A stretch of 63,617 nucleotides of DNA, counting the filler, from Choristocarpus tenellus KU-1152 (Eukaryota > Protista > Phaeophyceae), in NCBI GenBank assembly GCA_964200185.2. It is 15 parts of 15 records of this genome, joined end to end, with 100 filler letters (N's around TTAATTAATTAA, not from the genome) between each part and the next. Parts side by side here need not be neighbours in the genome. Positions count along the whole stretch, not along the records: positions 11,456 to 16,231 come from CAXNAD020013103.1; positions 16,332 to 20,009 come from CAXNAD020018565.1; positions 20,110 to 24,421 come from CAXNAD020015167.1; 12 more parts are not named here. One strand, written 5' to 3'. How positions within the stretch are numbered: position 1 is the first letter of the stretch; every line of letters starts with the position of its first letter. The notes under the pieces are model-generated. The model was given only the letters and a program-made list of their open reading frames with translations, searched no databases and was not told where the DNA came from. Both the position numbers and the translations under genes were made by a program. This document shows, piece after piece, positions 12,215 through 24,421 of the stretch.

Positions 12215-15200
12215 ATGTCGACAGAGCACACACACCAAGTGCCCAAGGGATCTTGGCCGTTGGAAGTTGGCTTTCGTAGTAACACCTTGGAGCTGGAGGT
12301 TTTGAAATCAACCACCGTCCGAGAGTTGAAGGAGAATCTGGAGATGCGCTTGAATGTGCCAGTGGCGAACCAAAAGCTGGTGAGGAAGGTTCCTGGGAAC
12401 TTGACCAAACTGTTCAATTCCCTACCTTTGCCACTAGGAAAGTGGAATGTTAAATTGGGTTTTTATTCTATATAAGCATGGGGCAAGCCCTCAAACGTGT
12501 CCTCCCCATCTTCCTCCACCTCACCTTAAGCAGCTTGTCGTCTGGGTCAGCACGAGCTGGGTGTTCGCGACTGTTGTGACGTTGTAGGTGGTACAAGTGC
12601 GGTGCCTTTGTTCAAAAGGACGAACCGGTCGTATGTGTTGTTACTACTACACTGTGCTGTTTCCTGATTTTACTTCTACTTCGAACCTCATCTCATATCC
12701 CTCACCCTCGATTGCACAGGTATTCAAGGGCAAGACTCTTCACGACGATTGTGCCACTGTGGCAGCAATCGGCGTTTTCCCGTCTATTGTTGGCGGGAAG
12801 GCAGTGAGCCACAAGCCACGCCAGCGCCTGCTATTGATTGGAAGTACGACCGCTGATGTTGAGGCGTCGAGATCTCCACCGCCCCAGGGTAAAGTACGGG
12901 ATGACTTCGATGAAACTATGATTCCGAAGGGTTACAAGAAGGTTGTCCTCAATACGGCTGGCCCTGACCTCTCTCCTTATAGGTAAGAGGAAAGAAACCA
13001 GCCTATGTCAAAGCTAGCACGCACAAGCATATATAGCTGTGCTACCACACAACTGTATGGTACTTGTTAAGGATGTAATGAGTACTGCTGTGGTGTATGT
13101 GTTGCACACTATGTATCTACAGGATGGTAGTGCAAATCTCACTGTGCTCTTCTTGGTGACTATTGCTCGTGTACTGTACCATTTCCTCACTTCCTGAGCA
13201 CTTGACCTTTAAACTCTTCTGCTTTAAATGCAAGTCGCCATAATACACATATTGAGGTCGTGGGTCAATCCAAGGTCATCCCTCACCTATTGTTGCTTCG
13301 CTACAAGTGCCCTTGCTATACATTGCATACTTCCTCCACCACAGTTCAGTTGTAGCATCATTCATACTTTAATAAGACTCAGAGATCCAGCCAAATTGCC
13401 TCTTATGCCGCTATAGCCTTTAGATCAGCATCCTTGTTTCTAGCTATCCTCCTCCTGTCCCACTTATTCTCCCTTGTTCCACATCTCGTAATCTCCTCAA
13501 TCATCAATAACTGATCTGCTGAGACAGATTTGAGCGCATTGAGACCCTCCCTGGTCTTCCAGAGGAAGACAAGGCTCGGGCCATCCTCGAGTCTCTGGCA
13601 AATGATCCAGGAATCAAGGCAGTTTTGGAGAAGCACCAGTGGACTGTGGGGGCCTTGTGTGAGATGTACCCTGAGGGCAAGGTGACTACTGAACTTGTTG
13701 GGATTGAAACTGAGGCTAAGGATAGCATTATATAATGGTACCAACATAGGCCTTACATAGATTAGTGCTTTTGCCCCCACATCTCTAACTGACTTCAAGT
13801 TGTGACCAGTTTCTTTTTTTTGTTTGGATGGGATGCATTTATGTTTGGAAGTGTCCAGGTTGATAGCAGTGATGGGAGGGGAAACACGGAGGAGACTTTT
13901 ATAATCCGTTGTCTCTCGATTAGGGGGCGGGGCCAGCAAATTTTATGCTTAGTGCACCCCTCCACCCTGTTGTCCATGTTGATCATTGTCGCCTTTCCTA
14001 TTCCTTCAAAAGGTCTAGCCACTACCTTGCCCGTCCTTCTAGTGATAAAGTCCCTGGTGAAAGTGGTGGTGAGGATGTACACTACTTCATTATGATCTCG
14101 CTCCCAAGGCATCATAAATAGTTATTGTCAGGTCTACCATAGTGCAGGGGATTGATTGCACTCAACGAGGTGGTAATAGGCGTTATTTTGTTCCCCCAAG
14201 TATATATATTAGATATATATGAGACCCATCCCCAGGTTAATTGGCTAGCACCCCAATCCTCCATAGGGTGCCAACAGCTGTTCCATGCTTGACAGATGAT
14301 ATATATTACATCAATTGTTGGACATTCTTGGGATAATTGAAGGGTCTTTTACATTGGTGCGCTTGATGGGGTTCATATCTGGGTAGTAGAAAGACAAAGG
14401 AGACATCTGGAAAGCACATACACAAAACACTGTGTAGCTCAGAGTATTGTATCAATCTCTTTTTGGGGGGGTGACAGATTCATGCAGCGCTTCAGCAGCC
14501 CTCTTCCCCTGTCTCCATGCCCCCCACCTGAAAGGTTGGAGTGAGCAAGGTGTGTGTCATGGGACTGAACCAGAACTCTGGTATGAAGATCCTCCTTCGT
14601 CTGCGCACAGATGATCTCAAGGGCTTTAGAAAGGTGAGCGTATTCCATAAGGACAAGTGTTCAGTACTTGTCACTTCAGTACCACACGCACACTGAAATG
14701 ACTCGCTTGTGGGCTTGACTATACTGTACAAGTAACTGCTGCAAGTGCAACTGTGGTGTAAATACTCTTCAAGTACAAAATTTCCATCTTCCAAATCGCG
14801 CCTTTTGCCCCTCATCTCTGTGATGAGTCAAGATAATGTACAAGTGAAGCACTTTTAGGGCCACATTTCATGTCCAGGAATTGTTAGGGGAGGGAGGGAA
14901 GCTGAATGAAAGGAAGACTAAGCCTATGTCAGTTCAATTCTATCGTAGGCACGATTTTACTTACATATGGAGTGTATGGTACTCTGGAGTACTTTGTAAC
15001 ACATTGCTTGAAAGGGAATAAGTTGTTTGGAGTATTAGCCTAATGGCCATTTTCCCAGGGCGTGCCCAGCTCTTGCCTATACCTGTAGCCTGTTACTGGT
15101 AGGTATTGTGGTCTCATTCACGTGTACGTAAGATAACTCCATGTAAGTACCCGAAACACGTTGACACACCCTTGAATCACATCTGAGAGAGTCCTTAGTT

Positions 15201-16143
15201 CATGTCAATCCCAAGTGATAGTGGTAGTGCTGCGCTAACTCAGTACTCTTACACAGGACTATACCTGGCACATAGCCCCTCTCAGACAGGGGTGAGTAAC
15301 AAAGCACAGGCGTCGAGAGTCCAAGCTGACGATAGCATTTCATGCAATTCAAGGCTCGGTTTGTTCTCAAGTACAACGCCCCACTGGTGCCCCCCTTTTC
15401 CCCTGGATCACCCCGGGTCCTCTTTTTGCTTCTTTGTTTTTTTCCCCCCATACAGATACTGTCCATCCGGAAAGTTCTTTTTCATGAGCTGGCACACAAC
15501 GAATTTTCCGACCACGACGATAACTTCTACCGACTCATGAGACAGGTACGTTCAACAGGAAAATTCCTCCTGGTAGCTCTTATCTACCTGTTGCAGGAAA
15601 GTTCCTTTTTGTGTTGACTCGATGCGGCCCGTAGCTTACTACGCCGGTGCAAATGTTTTTATTTATTTTTATCACACGACTTTTCCCCCTACCTGTCAAA
15701 CCTTACTCTTGTTCTTTTATTTTCTTATGTTGGTATTTTGTTGGGAAGGTGTCCAGCAAAGAGGACACCTTCCCAACCGCCTTTGCCAGGATTGATAACC
15801 GTCAAACCTCGACCATCTTGGCTATATTCCCGCTGGCATTTTTCCCATTGCTGAACCTGTTTCTTTTTTCCCTCCCCTCCTCCTTGCCTCTCTCTCTCTC
15901 TCTCCACTCTGTTTTCATCACGACGTGTACGTTATTGCGGTGTTCTTTGGTCGTTTTTAGGTAGAGAGGGAGGCGGCTGAGCTAGATTGGAGGCAACATG
16001 GTGGTCGCACCACTGGCAGCAAAGGGCGCTCTCCTGGACGTTTCCACGACCAGGGTGGGGGAGGGGGGGGATATGTCCTAGTTAAGGAGGCGTTTGAGGG
16101 AGGATCAGGTCGACTTGGTGGTGCGAGTGAGGGCCTGACTCGG
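12215..16143 (+). CDS. Ubiquitin-like + WLM (Wss1-like) zinc metalloprotease, exons 1-6 (3' end missing)
   Basis: Exons 12215-12379, 12720-12982, 13528-13681, 14535-14633, 15456-15545 and 15961-16143, all GT-AG and in phase. UBL: TVRELKENLEMRLNVPVANQKLVFKGKTL. WLM: LANDPGIKAVLEKHQWTVGALCEMYP, GLNQNSGMKILLRLRTDDLKGFR, HELAHNEFSDHDDNF (HExxH). Confidence 0.93.
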
Positions 16144-17829
16144 GTATGTGTCTGACTGTCTGTCTGTTGTTTAGAAGGTGGTACTGCATGGGGTGTGGGG
16201 TGTACGAGCGTGTTGGAAGGGCTGTGTGCGCNNNNNNNNNNNNNNNNNNNNNNNNNNNNNNNNNNNNNNNNNNNNTTAATTAATTAANNNNNNNNNNNNN
16301 NNNNNNNNNNNNNNNNNNNNNNNNNNNNNNNTCTCGCGAGCTCCGCCTTACGATGTTGGAGATAAATTTATTGGGGTGTTCTGCGCAAGTCGTTTTTTTT
16401 TTTTGTGGGGTCTCCGGAGATATTTTGAAGGCGTATTCAGATGTGAGCATATATCTATACTTCTTCATAATAAATTGTTTGGGCACTGCTGCGTGAAGGC
16501 AATAAAAAAAAAAAACACCACGACTTTAGTGTAGGCTTTTGTGTAGTGGTGATGATGGTGATTTATTTTTTTTCAGGGCGGGATTCAGTAGTCCTCTTGA
16601 CTTGCTGTGGTATGTGTCTTATGTTCATGTAACTGTTACCTTGTTTGTTTTTGTTTGTATTGTGAGCCCTGAGCCTGATTTGAATGTTGAAAGTTCCTAC
16701 TATATGACAGTTTCACAACCGGGCTGCCTTTGTAGTGTATGTATCTGACGGAGTTGAGGGATAGGGACTAGGTTTGACTGACTGATTCAGATGGATTGCT
16801 GCCTAGTTTGGTGCATGTATGTATATGCTTCCAGTTTTTTTCCCAGAGAAATATCAATACGTGTGTGTGGGGGGGGGGTACACTCGTTCTCGTTGTGAGA
16901 AACAATTCGTGGAGAGATGGGTGGTGTTTTGTGTATAGTTCAAGAGGACCCTGATCAGTATTCGAATCGGGCTTCTCCTTTTGATCCCTTGAAGTGAATC
17001 TAAGTAGTACCTTCCATATATATGGATAGAGCCTTGTTGGGGTTAGTAGCTTGTCGATCTGTTGTGTCATCGGGGTGCTTGTCCTTGTGTCCTGCAACTT
17101 TTTTGATTAACTGTTACTGGCTTGCATTGGTTTGAGGTGTTTGAGGTGCAGGAGACTCACTGTATGGAAGAGGATGAATGAGCTCTTGGATTGTTTTCTT
17201 TAAAGTGGCAGAGGGCCCTGCTCCTCCTTGGTACAGTATGCATTTGGGTACTTTTGAGGGTAAGTATCGCAGGCGTTTTTTTGTTGCCTGTTTGACATAC
17301 AATAAAATTGTGCCAAAGCGATTACTTTTGAGGCTGTTGTTACAGTTACAGGTGTAGTATGTATTGGGGGTTGGGGTATAGTATTATCTAATATGGTACC
17401 AGGTGCTAGAGATGATTTGAGGGTATTATGTATGTAAGGTATATATAGGGGGCCGATTTTGGTGAGTTGCACATGTCACAAGAAGCAATTGCACTCACTC
17501 TAGGTGCACTGTACATCACTAGGAGGAATAGACGTGATGCTTTGTATCATACTTTCCTGCGGACACACAATTTTCAGCTTGCAAAGATCGGAAATTTTTC
17601 CCAATTTTTGTCTGCGAACTGTTTATAAAATTGACCTGGTTACAACCTTTCTACCTTTTTGTGTATTATGTACTCATCACTCCCCCATCTCTGCCTGTAT
17701 TGTGTATACTACAGAAAGTTAGGATACGTCAATATACTCCGATGTAGTACATTTTTTTAGTTTTTGAAATCACAGAATAAGGTTATACTGTCTGAAACAA
17801 AAATGAATAAGCTGACCGAAGAAAATAGC

Positions 17830-18037
17830 TTGATACAACTAATAATAATGTTTGATACTACTACTAATAATAATGTTTTGATACAACTAATAATAGTAAT
17901 GTTTGGATACTACTACTACTAATAATGTTTTGATACAACTAATAATAATAATGTTTGGATACTACTACTAATAATAATGTTTGGATACAACTAATAATAA
18001 TAATGTTTTGATACAACTAATAATAATAATGTTTGGA
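17830..18037. repeat. AT-rich compound tandem repeat, GATAC(A/T)ACT(AAT)nGTTT(T/G)G
   Basis: About 8 imperfect ~23-29-bp units built from AAT/ACT triplets. Confidence 0.85.
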
Positions 18038-18450
18038 ATTAACACTTACAAATTCCTATATACTTCGTACAACTCTGGGTGTTTTTGGTTTACTTTTGAC
18101 TTGGTGATAGCGTGCTTTGGCACAAGAAATTGCAGGGAGAGGCTGCTCCTTTCCTGGAACACGCAACCAATAATCCACCGACCTACTTCCACAGTCACAT
18201 GCATGAAAGTTGATCTCATAGATAGGCTCCACAAAGTCAGACTCTTCCGCTATGGTATGGTGACACCGGCTGTGCTTTGTATAGTTGACATTGCAATCTA
18301 TAGCAACGTCTTAAGGTACTACTACCTCGGTTTAGCCTGCAGCACAGTATGAATGTCTAATAAAAATCTTTGTATGGTGTATGTCAAACGATTGATACAA
18401 CCAGCAGTGAACTTGAATCATGTCATACCATGACCAACCCTCTCGCTGTT

Positions 18451-18715
18451 GAGTCAAAGTATATTTAGAGGGTAGAGCCGTGTCCATTTGGGGGACAAAA
18501 TCCAATGTGACAATTTTGATGTACTTTTGGGAATAATGTTTATTAGGAGATGCCAATATGCTTGTTCCAGAGACTCCTTTTCATAACATACACATTTCAC
18601 CTACTTCAAAGCGTGCATTTGGAGTAGGTAAGGATGTCGTAAAATAACCCGTGGGAAGCCAAGCCCCAAATGGACATACAGGGCAAAGCTCGTACCCTAA
18701 CCCTAAGATACACTC
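18451..18715 (+). mobile_element. GAG-MITE (~260 bp, non-autonomous TIR element)
   Basis: Starts GAGTCAAAGTATATTTAGAGGGTA and ends ...CCCTAAGATACACTC. The internal sequence is homologous to the other copies. Confidence 0.85.
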
Positions 18716-19656
18716 TTTTTTTAGTTGTCGGTAATTTGAATTTTTTCAGACATTTGCGCGGCCTATCAAAAAATGCCCCTTAACATGAACACTGAGCTAC
18801 AGGTGGTAGTAGAATCAAAGATCAGTGTATGTACATTGTTCTCTCAAGGACAGTAGGTAGATCTTATCATTCTTCGAATCAAAGAAGGACACTGTCAGAG
18901 TAAACTGCGGGTCAAGGAACAAATGATATTCACAGTATTTCAAATGATAGTTGGAGAGAGGAGAAAAGACTAAGCAAACTTCAGTTACGATATCTCTACA
19001 TTAAGAAGAGAGACTAGAACCCATGAGCTGGACAAAGACTGTGCCATGAAGGTGGAGGTTACGTCCCCCACAGCAATGAAAGTGTACACCCAGAATGATG
19101 AGGCAGGAGGGGAAGCTGCAGTATTATCAATTGCAGTATCATAGCAAAGAACATTCTTGGTAGTTAAGAGTGCATCTCCACTGATAATAGCATATATTTA
19201 TCTAATTTGAAGGGTGTTTACATCCCATGTCCTCCCCCCCCCCCACCATGGCACTGACTACATTACCTACATACACAAAAAATATCCACGCAAAGTTTGT
19301 GAAGTACACAAATATAAAAAATAAAAAGACTCGTCGTCATAAACCACAGAAAGTCTGAATGTCCTCAACACAAGACAAAATTCTTTCTCACTAAAAAGAT
19401 GGCGCATTCATTTAACATGAGCCAATCAAAATGCTTTAACAAAAAAAAACTCACCATCAAAACACACTTCAGTGGTAATACCATTGTTGTGCACAGATCA
19501 TGTAAAAACGCAAAAGGGGTCAAAGGCAAAGACAAGAATCCATAAACCCGAAGACATCCCAACAGAGACTTCTTTTTCATTTGGGATGTACATACTCATT
19601 AAAAAAAAAATTAAAGGAAAAAAAAACTCCCCAGGAAATTTGAACCGGAAAAACCG

Positions 19657-19962
19657 TTAAAGTCCACAAATCTCGTTACACTGATCAAACAGAGCCTTGG
19701 CAGCAGAGGCATCCATGGCCTTGTCTGAGGCCTTCAGCTCCATCCACCCCTTTTTGTTGTGCATGTAGCGTAAACCACTGCCTTCAATGCCCTCTTCTAC
19801 ACCAGAACCAGCTGGCAAATCTTCAGACGGAATGGAAGCTGCAAGAATACTGGCCTGTGCCCCCTTCCGGGCTCCAATCAGAACCTTGGACATTGTCCAC
19901 TTTGCAGGTCCACCCTTGATCTGATCTGCCATCAAGTTGGTATCCACCACCCCTGGGTGGAC
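19657..19962 (-). CDS. Short-chain dehydrogenase/reductase (retinol-DH/WWOX-like), terminal exon
   Basis: TAG acceptor, then VHPGVVDTNL...GAQASILAAS...SDKAMDASAAKALFDQCNEICGL*, a typical SDR C-terminus. Confidence 0.78.
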   Translation of the reverse strand, partial: VHPGVVDTNLMADQIKGGPAKWTMSKVLIGARKGAQASILAASIPSEDLPAGSGVEEGIEGSGLRYMHNKKGWMELKASDKAMDASAAKALFDQCNEICGL

Positions 19963-20282
19963 CTAGTCCTCCCAGCAGTTACCAAGATCGAGAGAACAAA
20001 TAGAAGGGGNNNNNNNNNNNNNNNNNNNNNNNNNNNNNNNNNNNNNNNNNNNNTTAATTAATTAANNNNNNNNNNNNNNNNNNNNNNNNNNNNNNNNNNN
20101 NNNNNNNNNCACCCAATTTCGTTGGTCTTCTATCGACTACTCTATAGGTACTCCAACCATAAGCCTCTATTCTTGAACTTCTTACACTCCTAAGGCCTGT
20201 ATGGTGGTGCTTGTACGTACGGCTTGTGAGAAGGACTCGCCATGAGGCCCTTGCATATTCATATCATTCCCTAAAAATATAT

Positions 20283-20910
20283 ATTATTGTTATGCCCTGT
20301 GACGTTTTGCAATGTGTCGTTGAAAAAGCCAAATCAAAATCACAAGAACCCCTATAAAAGGAAAAGTTATCGTAAATATAAAAGATTCCTCTCTAATCAC
20401 TATTCACTATTTGAATACCAGTTATACTACAGCACTCCCTCAAAGGTTGGTTATGGTGATGTTACGTGAAAATTGCTGCTATGATTCTATCCTAGCTTAG
20501 CCCTACACAAGTGGGCGAGAAGCTAGGTTAGAATCCCAAGAATCTGGAAGTCTCCTTCTTGCTCATCTGCCTGGTGCCTCTAGCTTGAAGGAAATGACGC
20601 GTCTTGAGAGACCCACTTATTATGAAGTGACAGATACTATTTGCTGTAAGCGGTATTTGGCACATCATTTCCCGCTATAACCTCCTACCCCTTTCCCCCC
20701 TACTGCATGTGTAGCCAACTCATCTTAAAAAAAACTGCTTGCTTTCCAAGGCATCCAAAACTTTCCACCGCGAAGGCGTTGAGGTTAAAACTATAAGGAT
20801 CAAAAGAAGCCTCATAGTAGGTGCGCTTTCACGCCTCAGCTGCAGCAGCAGCTACACTATTGCTGGTGGATGAGTGCGGCAGATGGGAGGCTTCTTGCAC
20901 TTCTGCAAAC
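20283..20910 (-). mobile_element. 3' fragment of a CRE-like non-LTR retrotransposon (REL endonuclease end + 3' UTR)
   Basis: Reverse-complement homologue of 23085-23640 and 33842-34302, including the ...CAGGGCATAA(C/T)AATAA 3' terminus. Confidence 0.75.
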
Positions 20911-20959
20911 ACATTATATTATGCCCTAGAATATATTATTCACAGTAGTAGGGAATAAA

Positions 20960-21545
20960 AGTTCCACATGGATGTAGCTGGCGTTCCATCCTTGGATACT
21001 CTATGACGTTAGCTCAGATCCCTAACGGGACAAAGACCTCCGTGTAGAGGTCTTTATTTGGAAGAAGTTCGAGAAGTCTGTTATCTGCCACTCATCTACT
21101 CCCAATGGTGTAGCTGCGGCTACAGCTGAAGCACGAAAACATACCACTAAGAGGAATATTTGACCCTCGCCTAGCTTTAATCTCAACACACATTGGCAGT
21201 GGAAAGTTTTGAGCGCCTTGGAAAGCAAGCAGAAGTTTTCTTGGATGAGACACCCACACAATAGGACGAAGAGGGGCCGGAGGATACCATAGGAAAGGGG
21301 TTGTCAAGTCTCGTTTGACACGGATAGTGTTCGTCACTACACAAGTGGTTCTCTCGAGACACGTCATGCATTTCAAGCTAGAGCTGTCCACTCTACTCGT
21401 ATCTTGTGGAGCCAAAACAATTGAGAGGGAGCCAAGGTTGCTTTTCAAGATCCGGAGAAAGGGCAAAAATATGGCATTTCGTACAATTACAGAAATAACT
21501 TTTTGTTTAATTGTGGTGTCATTTTGTGTGTGGAAAGGGGTATTA
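20960..21545 (+). mobile_element. 3' fragment of a CRE-like non-LTR retrotransposon
   Basis: Decayed NGVAAATAEARK..., LAVESFERLGKQAEVFLDE... and RIVFVTTQVVLSRHVMHFKL. Confidence 0.75.
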
Positions 21546-21649
21546 TAAATTTTCATGCGCTATTGTGCACATCAAGCAATAAAATAGAGAGTAGTGTACA
21601 GGATAAGAGTGATGGCTTTGGGTGCAAGAGGGTCAAAGGGTCAAAACCT

Positions 21650-21849
21650 GGCTACCTCTCAAATGGTTTGACTCTGTATATTACTGAAGCTCATATACCC
21701 GGCTACCTCTCAAACGGTTTGACTCTGTATATTACTGAAGCTCATATACCCTCCTCTCAAATGGTTTGACTCTGTATATTACTGAAGCTCATATACCCGG
21801 CTACCTCTCAAACGGTTTGACTCTGTATATTACTGAAGCTCATATACCC
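21650..21849. repeat. 51-bp tandem repeat, 4 copies
   Basis: GGCTACCTCTCAAA(T/C)GGTTTGACTCTGTATATTACTGAAGCTCATATACCC with unit lengths 51, 51, 47 and 51 bp. Confidence 0.95.
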
Positions 21850-22657
21850 TCACCTCAGCTCATGTACCCTCACCCTCGTCCCTCCATCCCCTCCCTCGAA
21901 TATTGTTTCACACCCCCTACGGAAGTTTCCACCCTGAACTTGGTCTGGCGTTTTTGTGCCATAGGACCAGACAACAGGATGGTTCGGGAGGCATATCTAT
22001 AGTTCTTACCATATGAAGTAGGAAAACCGTAACAAGATTCCATTAAACGAATTCTGGCATCGAAAGGTTTGAACCCGCAGGTTTCATAGGAGAAGTCACC
22101 GCCTTGACAACTGATGTAGCCAAAACGTAAAATACCTTTTTAACGAACACAATTCCTGTCTTCTTGTGGTAGAACCTCTCCTTAAATGCTCTAGGATCAT
22201 TTTCTCTGTTTGTATAGAATGTTATTCAACACAACGCTTATGGCCCCACCACTAATTTGTTTGTAACGTCCGTTTCATGGCGAACAAACAATCAACCTTA
22301 TTTTCTATTTCTGTCTGAATAATGTCCGTTTTCCAACAAATAATGGGACCATTTCTACTCCCTAAAGTCTAAATGGTATTTGGATATTACTACCATAGAT
22401 CGTTCGGGGCTTGTTTCAATCTGTCCTTCTCAAATTTTTGTTTCTCATCTCCACACAACTCACAAAAACAAACTCCGTTGACCTGGACTAATAGCTGAAT
22501 GTAAGCTACGAACGAGAGAACCAAGGCAGAAACGGAGGCAGTACAACAACTTGCAAGGTAAGAGTAGCCAGTAGTTAGTAAAAGAAAAAGTGCACAGTGC
22601 GTGGTGCCTAATAGTGTAGTGTACACTATTGTGAGTAAATGGGTGGAGAAGTTTCAA

Positions 22658-22915
22658 TACTCATCCTCCAGTGATGGTGTAGTTGCTGGTGCAGTCAAGG
22701 CGCAGAAGTGCACCCCCTATGAGGGATCTTTTGAACCTCATAGTTTTATTCTCAACACCTTCACGAAAGTTTTGGGCGCCTTGGAAAGCAAAGAGAAATT
22801 TTCTTAGATGCACACACACACGGTAGGGGGAGAGGGGCAGGAGGATAAGGTAGGAAAGGGGCTGTAAAGTCCCGTTTAAGATCAAAAGATAGTTTCTGTC
22901 ACTGCACGCATGGTG
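22658..22915 (+). mobile_element. Fragment of a CRE-like non-LTR retrotransposon
   Basis: SSSDGVVAGAVKAQKCTPYEGSFEPHSFILNTF, followed by the GAAAGTTTTGGGCGCCTTGGAAAGCAA block shared with the other copies. Confidence 0.7.
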
Positions 22916-23084
22916 ATAATAATGGGGTGGGTTAAATATTTGGTGATATAAAAAAATGACGCTACTATATAAATACTTGTGTGTGTGGTATATTGAGTAA
23001 AATCATGTTCTGCAGCGCTGGGAATGGTATTATGAATGATAGATGCATCTTACATAAAATAATATGAATAGGCACCTCACCTCC

Positions 23085-23640
23085 ACACTCGTCCACCAGC
23101 AATGGTGTAGCTGCTGCTGCAGCTGAGGTGCGATAGCGAACCCACTACGAGGCCTCTTTTGATCTTCAAAGTTGTAGCCTCAACACCTTTGCGGTGGTAA
23201 TTTTTGGGCACCTCAGTAAACAAGTGGAAAGTTTTCTGGATGAGCCAGAAACGCATGTGGTAGGGGGGAGAGGAACTGGAGGCTACGGCAGGAAAGGGGC
23301 GGTCAAATCCCGCCTACGACAAATAGTCTCTGTAACAACACAGGTGATCTTGTCTAGACATGCCATGCGGTTTAAGCTGGAGTCGCCAGGAAGATGGGCA
23401 AGGAGGGGCTTGTTCAATTCTTGGGATGCTTCCCTAACTCCTTACCCTGGGGTGCAGGAATAGCTAGGTTGGAGGCACAGGAAGGCTGTGGTACAGCATA
23501 GCTGATAATAAAATAGCAACTAGATCAATGCTTTTCACATGGCGACAACCAATACTTTTTTAGGGGTTTTTCTGACATGTGAATAGTTTTCATTGGTTTT
23601 TCCTCTGGCACAACTGTATAATGTGAGAGGGCATAAATAG
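23085..23640 (+). mobile_element. 3' fragment of a CRE-like non-LTR retrotransposon
   Basis: NGVAAAAAEVR*RTHYEASFDLQSCSLNTFAVVIFGHLSKQVESFLDE...RLRQIVSVTTQVILSR matches the AAxxAExxKxxxY...AVExFGxLGxxxxxFLxxL C-terminal pattern of restriction-like endonucleases. Confidence 0.8.
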
Positions 23641-24351
23641 TATTAGATAGTATGAATAATATTGCTCGGTAGATAGGATATGTTACAGGCGAATATCACA
23701 AGTATTTCTTCCCGCGCATTAACCAGTGCGAACGGTGCACGTGCGTGTGGAACCCCAAAAGGAGGAACTCCGATTTGCTAAAGGTTGCAGTGTAAGATCT
23801 GTAAAATGAGAATGTATGCAACGGTTCTCAGATATATTTCAACGTCTGTAAGTTGAAATTAGAAAAGTAGTAAATGATGACAAGAGGCCCCAAACCATAT
23901 GGTGCTGTAATAGATACACCCCTAAGTCTCGATTGAGTTCATGTCAAATGTCCCTCATTCGGACTTAGATGTAATTTTGTTGTGTGCTCTGACAAGCTCA
24001 ATCTTCCCCCATACCCCAAAGTCACGGCAGGGGGAAGCTCACAGGACTCGATCGTATGTCCGTGAGGACAGGGAGAGCGTAGAGGTTCCGTAAAGCGCAC
24101 ACACTACCAGGATACTTGACCATCACTTGCTGAGAATCGGGAATAACTGATTTCATGAGAACGAGCCCCTACGATTTTGACCACTGGTAAAGTTGCCCTA
24201 CTTACAATTCCAGCCTGCAAAACTACTACAAGGAAGGCACTTCTTTCAGCAAAAATACGACGATATTTGCCACGTTGCAGGCAGTAGTCACCTCAGTTCA
24301 TATTTTGTCGTATTATTATTAGTAGAAGAACATACGACGGACAATAATACT

Positions 24352-24421
24352 AAACCCACATGGTAGGAGGGAGAGGAGCGGGAGGATATGGTAGGAAAGG
24401 AGTAGTTAAATCCAGACTACG
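24352..24421 (+). mobile_element. Short CRE-like fragment at contig end
   Basis: CATGGTAGGAGGGAGAGGAGCGGGAGGATATGGTAGGAAAGGAGTAGTTAAATCCAGACTACG is homologous to ~23255-23318. Confidence 0.6.

Noticed and set aside
11907-12311. Divergent gene overlapping the WLM gene start
   Set aside because: No recognisable domain, and its plausible ATG is only 8 bp from the WLM ATG. It cannot be supported without transcripts.
16540-17470. Degenerate LINE RT/C-terminal region on the minus strand
   Set aside because: The strand composition and a KKRLRYLPSKVP..LY segment are suggestive, but no diagnostic RT or endonuclease motif is readable.
18695-18706. Telomeric CCCTAA repeat
   Set aside because: There are only two units, arising within a MITE TIR.
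21650-21849. CRISPR array or repeat-protein ORF (ITEAHIPGYLSNGLTLY)
   Set aside because: It is a pure head-to-tail tandem repeat. The peptide repeat is a by-product of a 51-bp unit and is broken by the 47-bp copy.
23681-24343. Solo LTR (TGTTA...CA)
   Set aside because: No matching target-site duplication, second copy or PBS/PPT was found.
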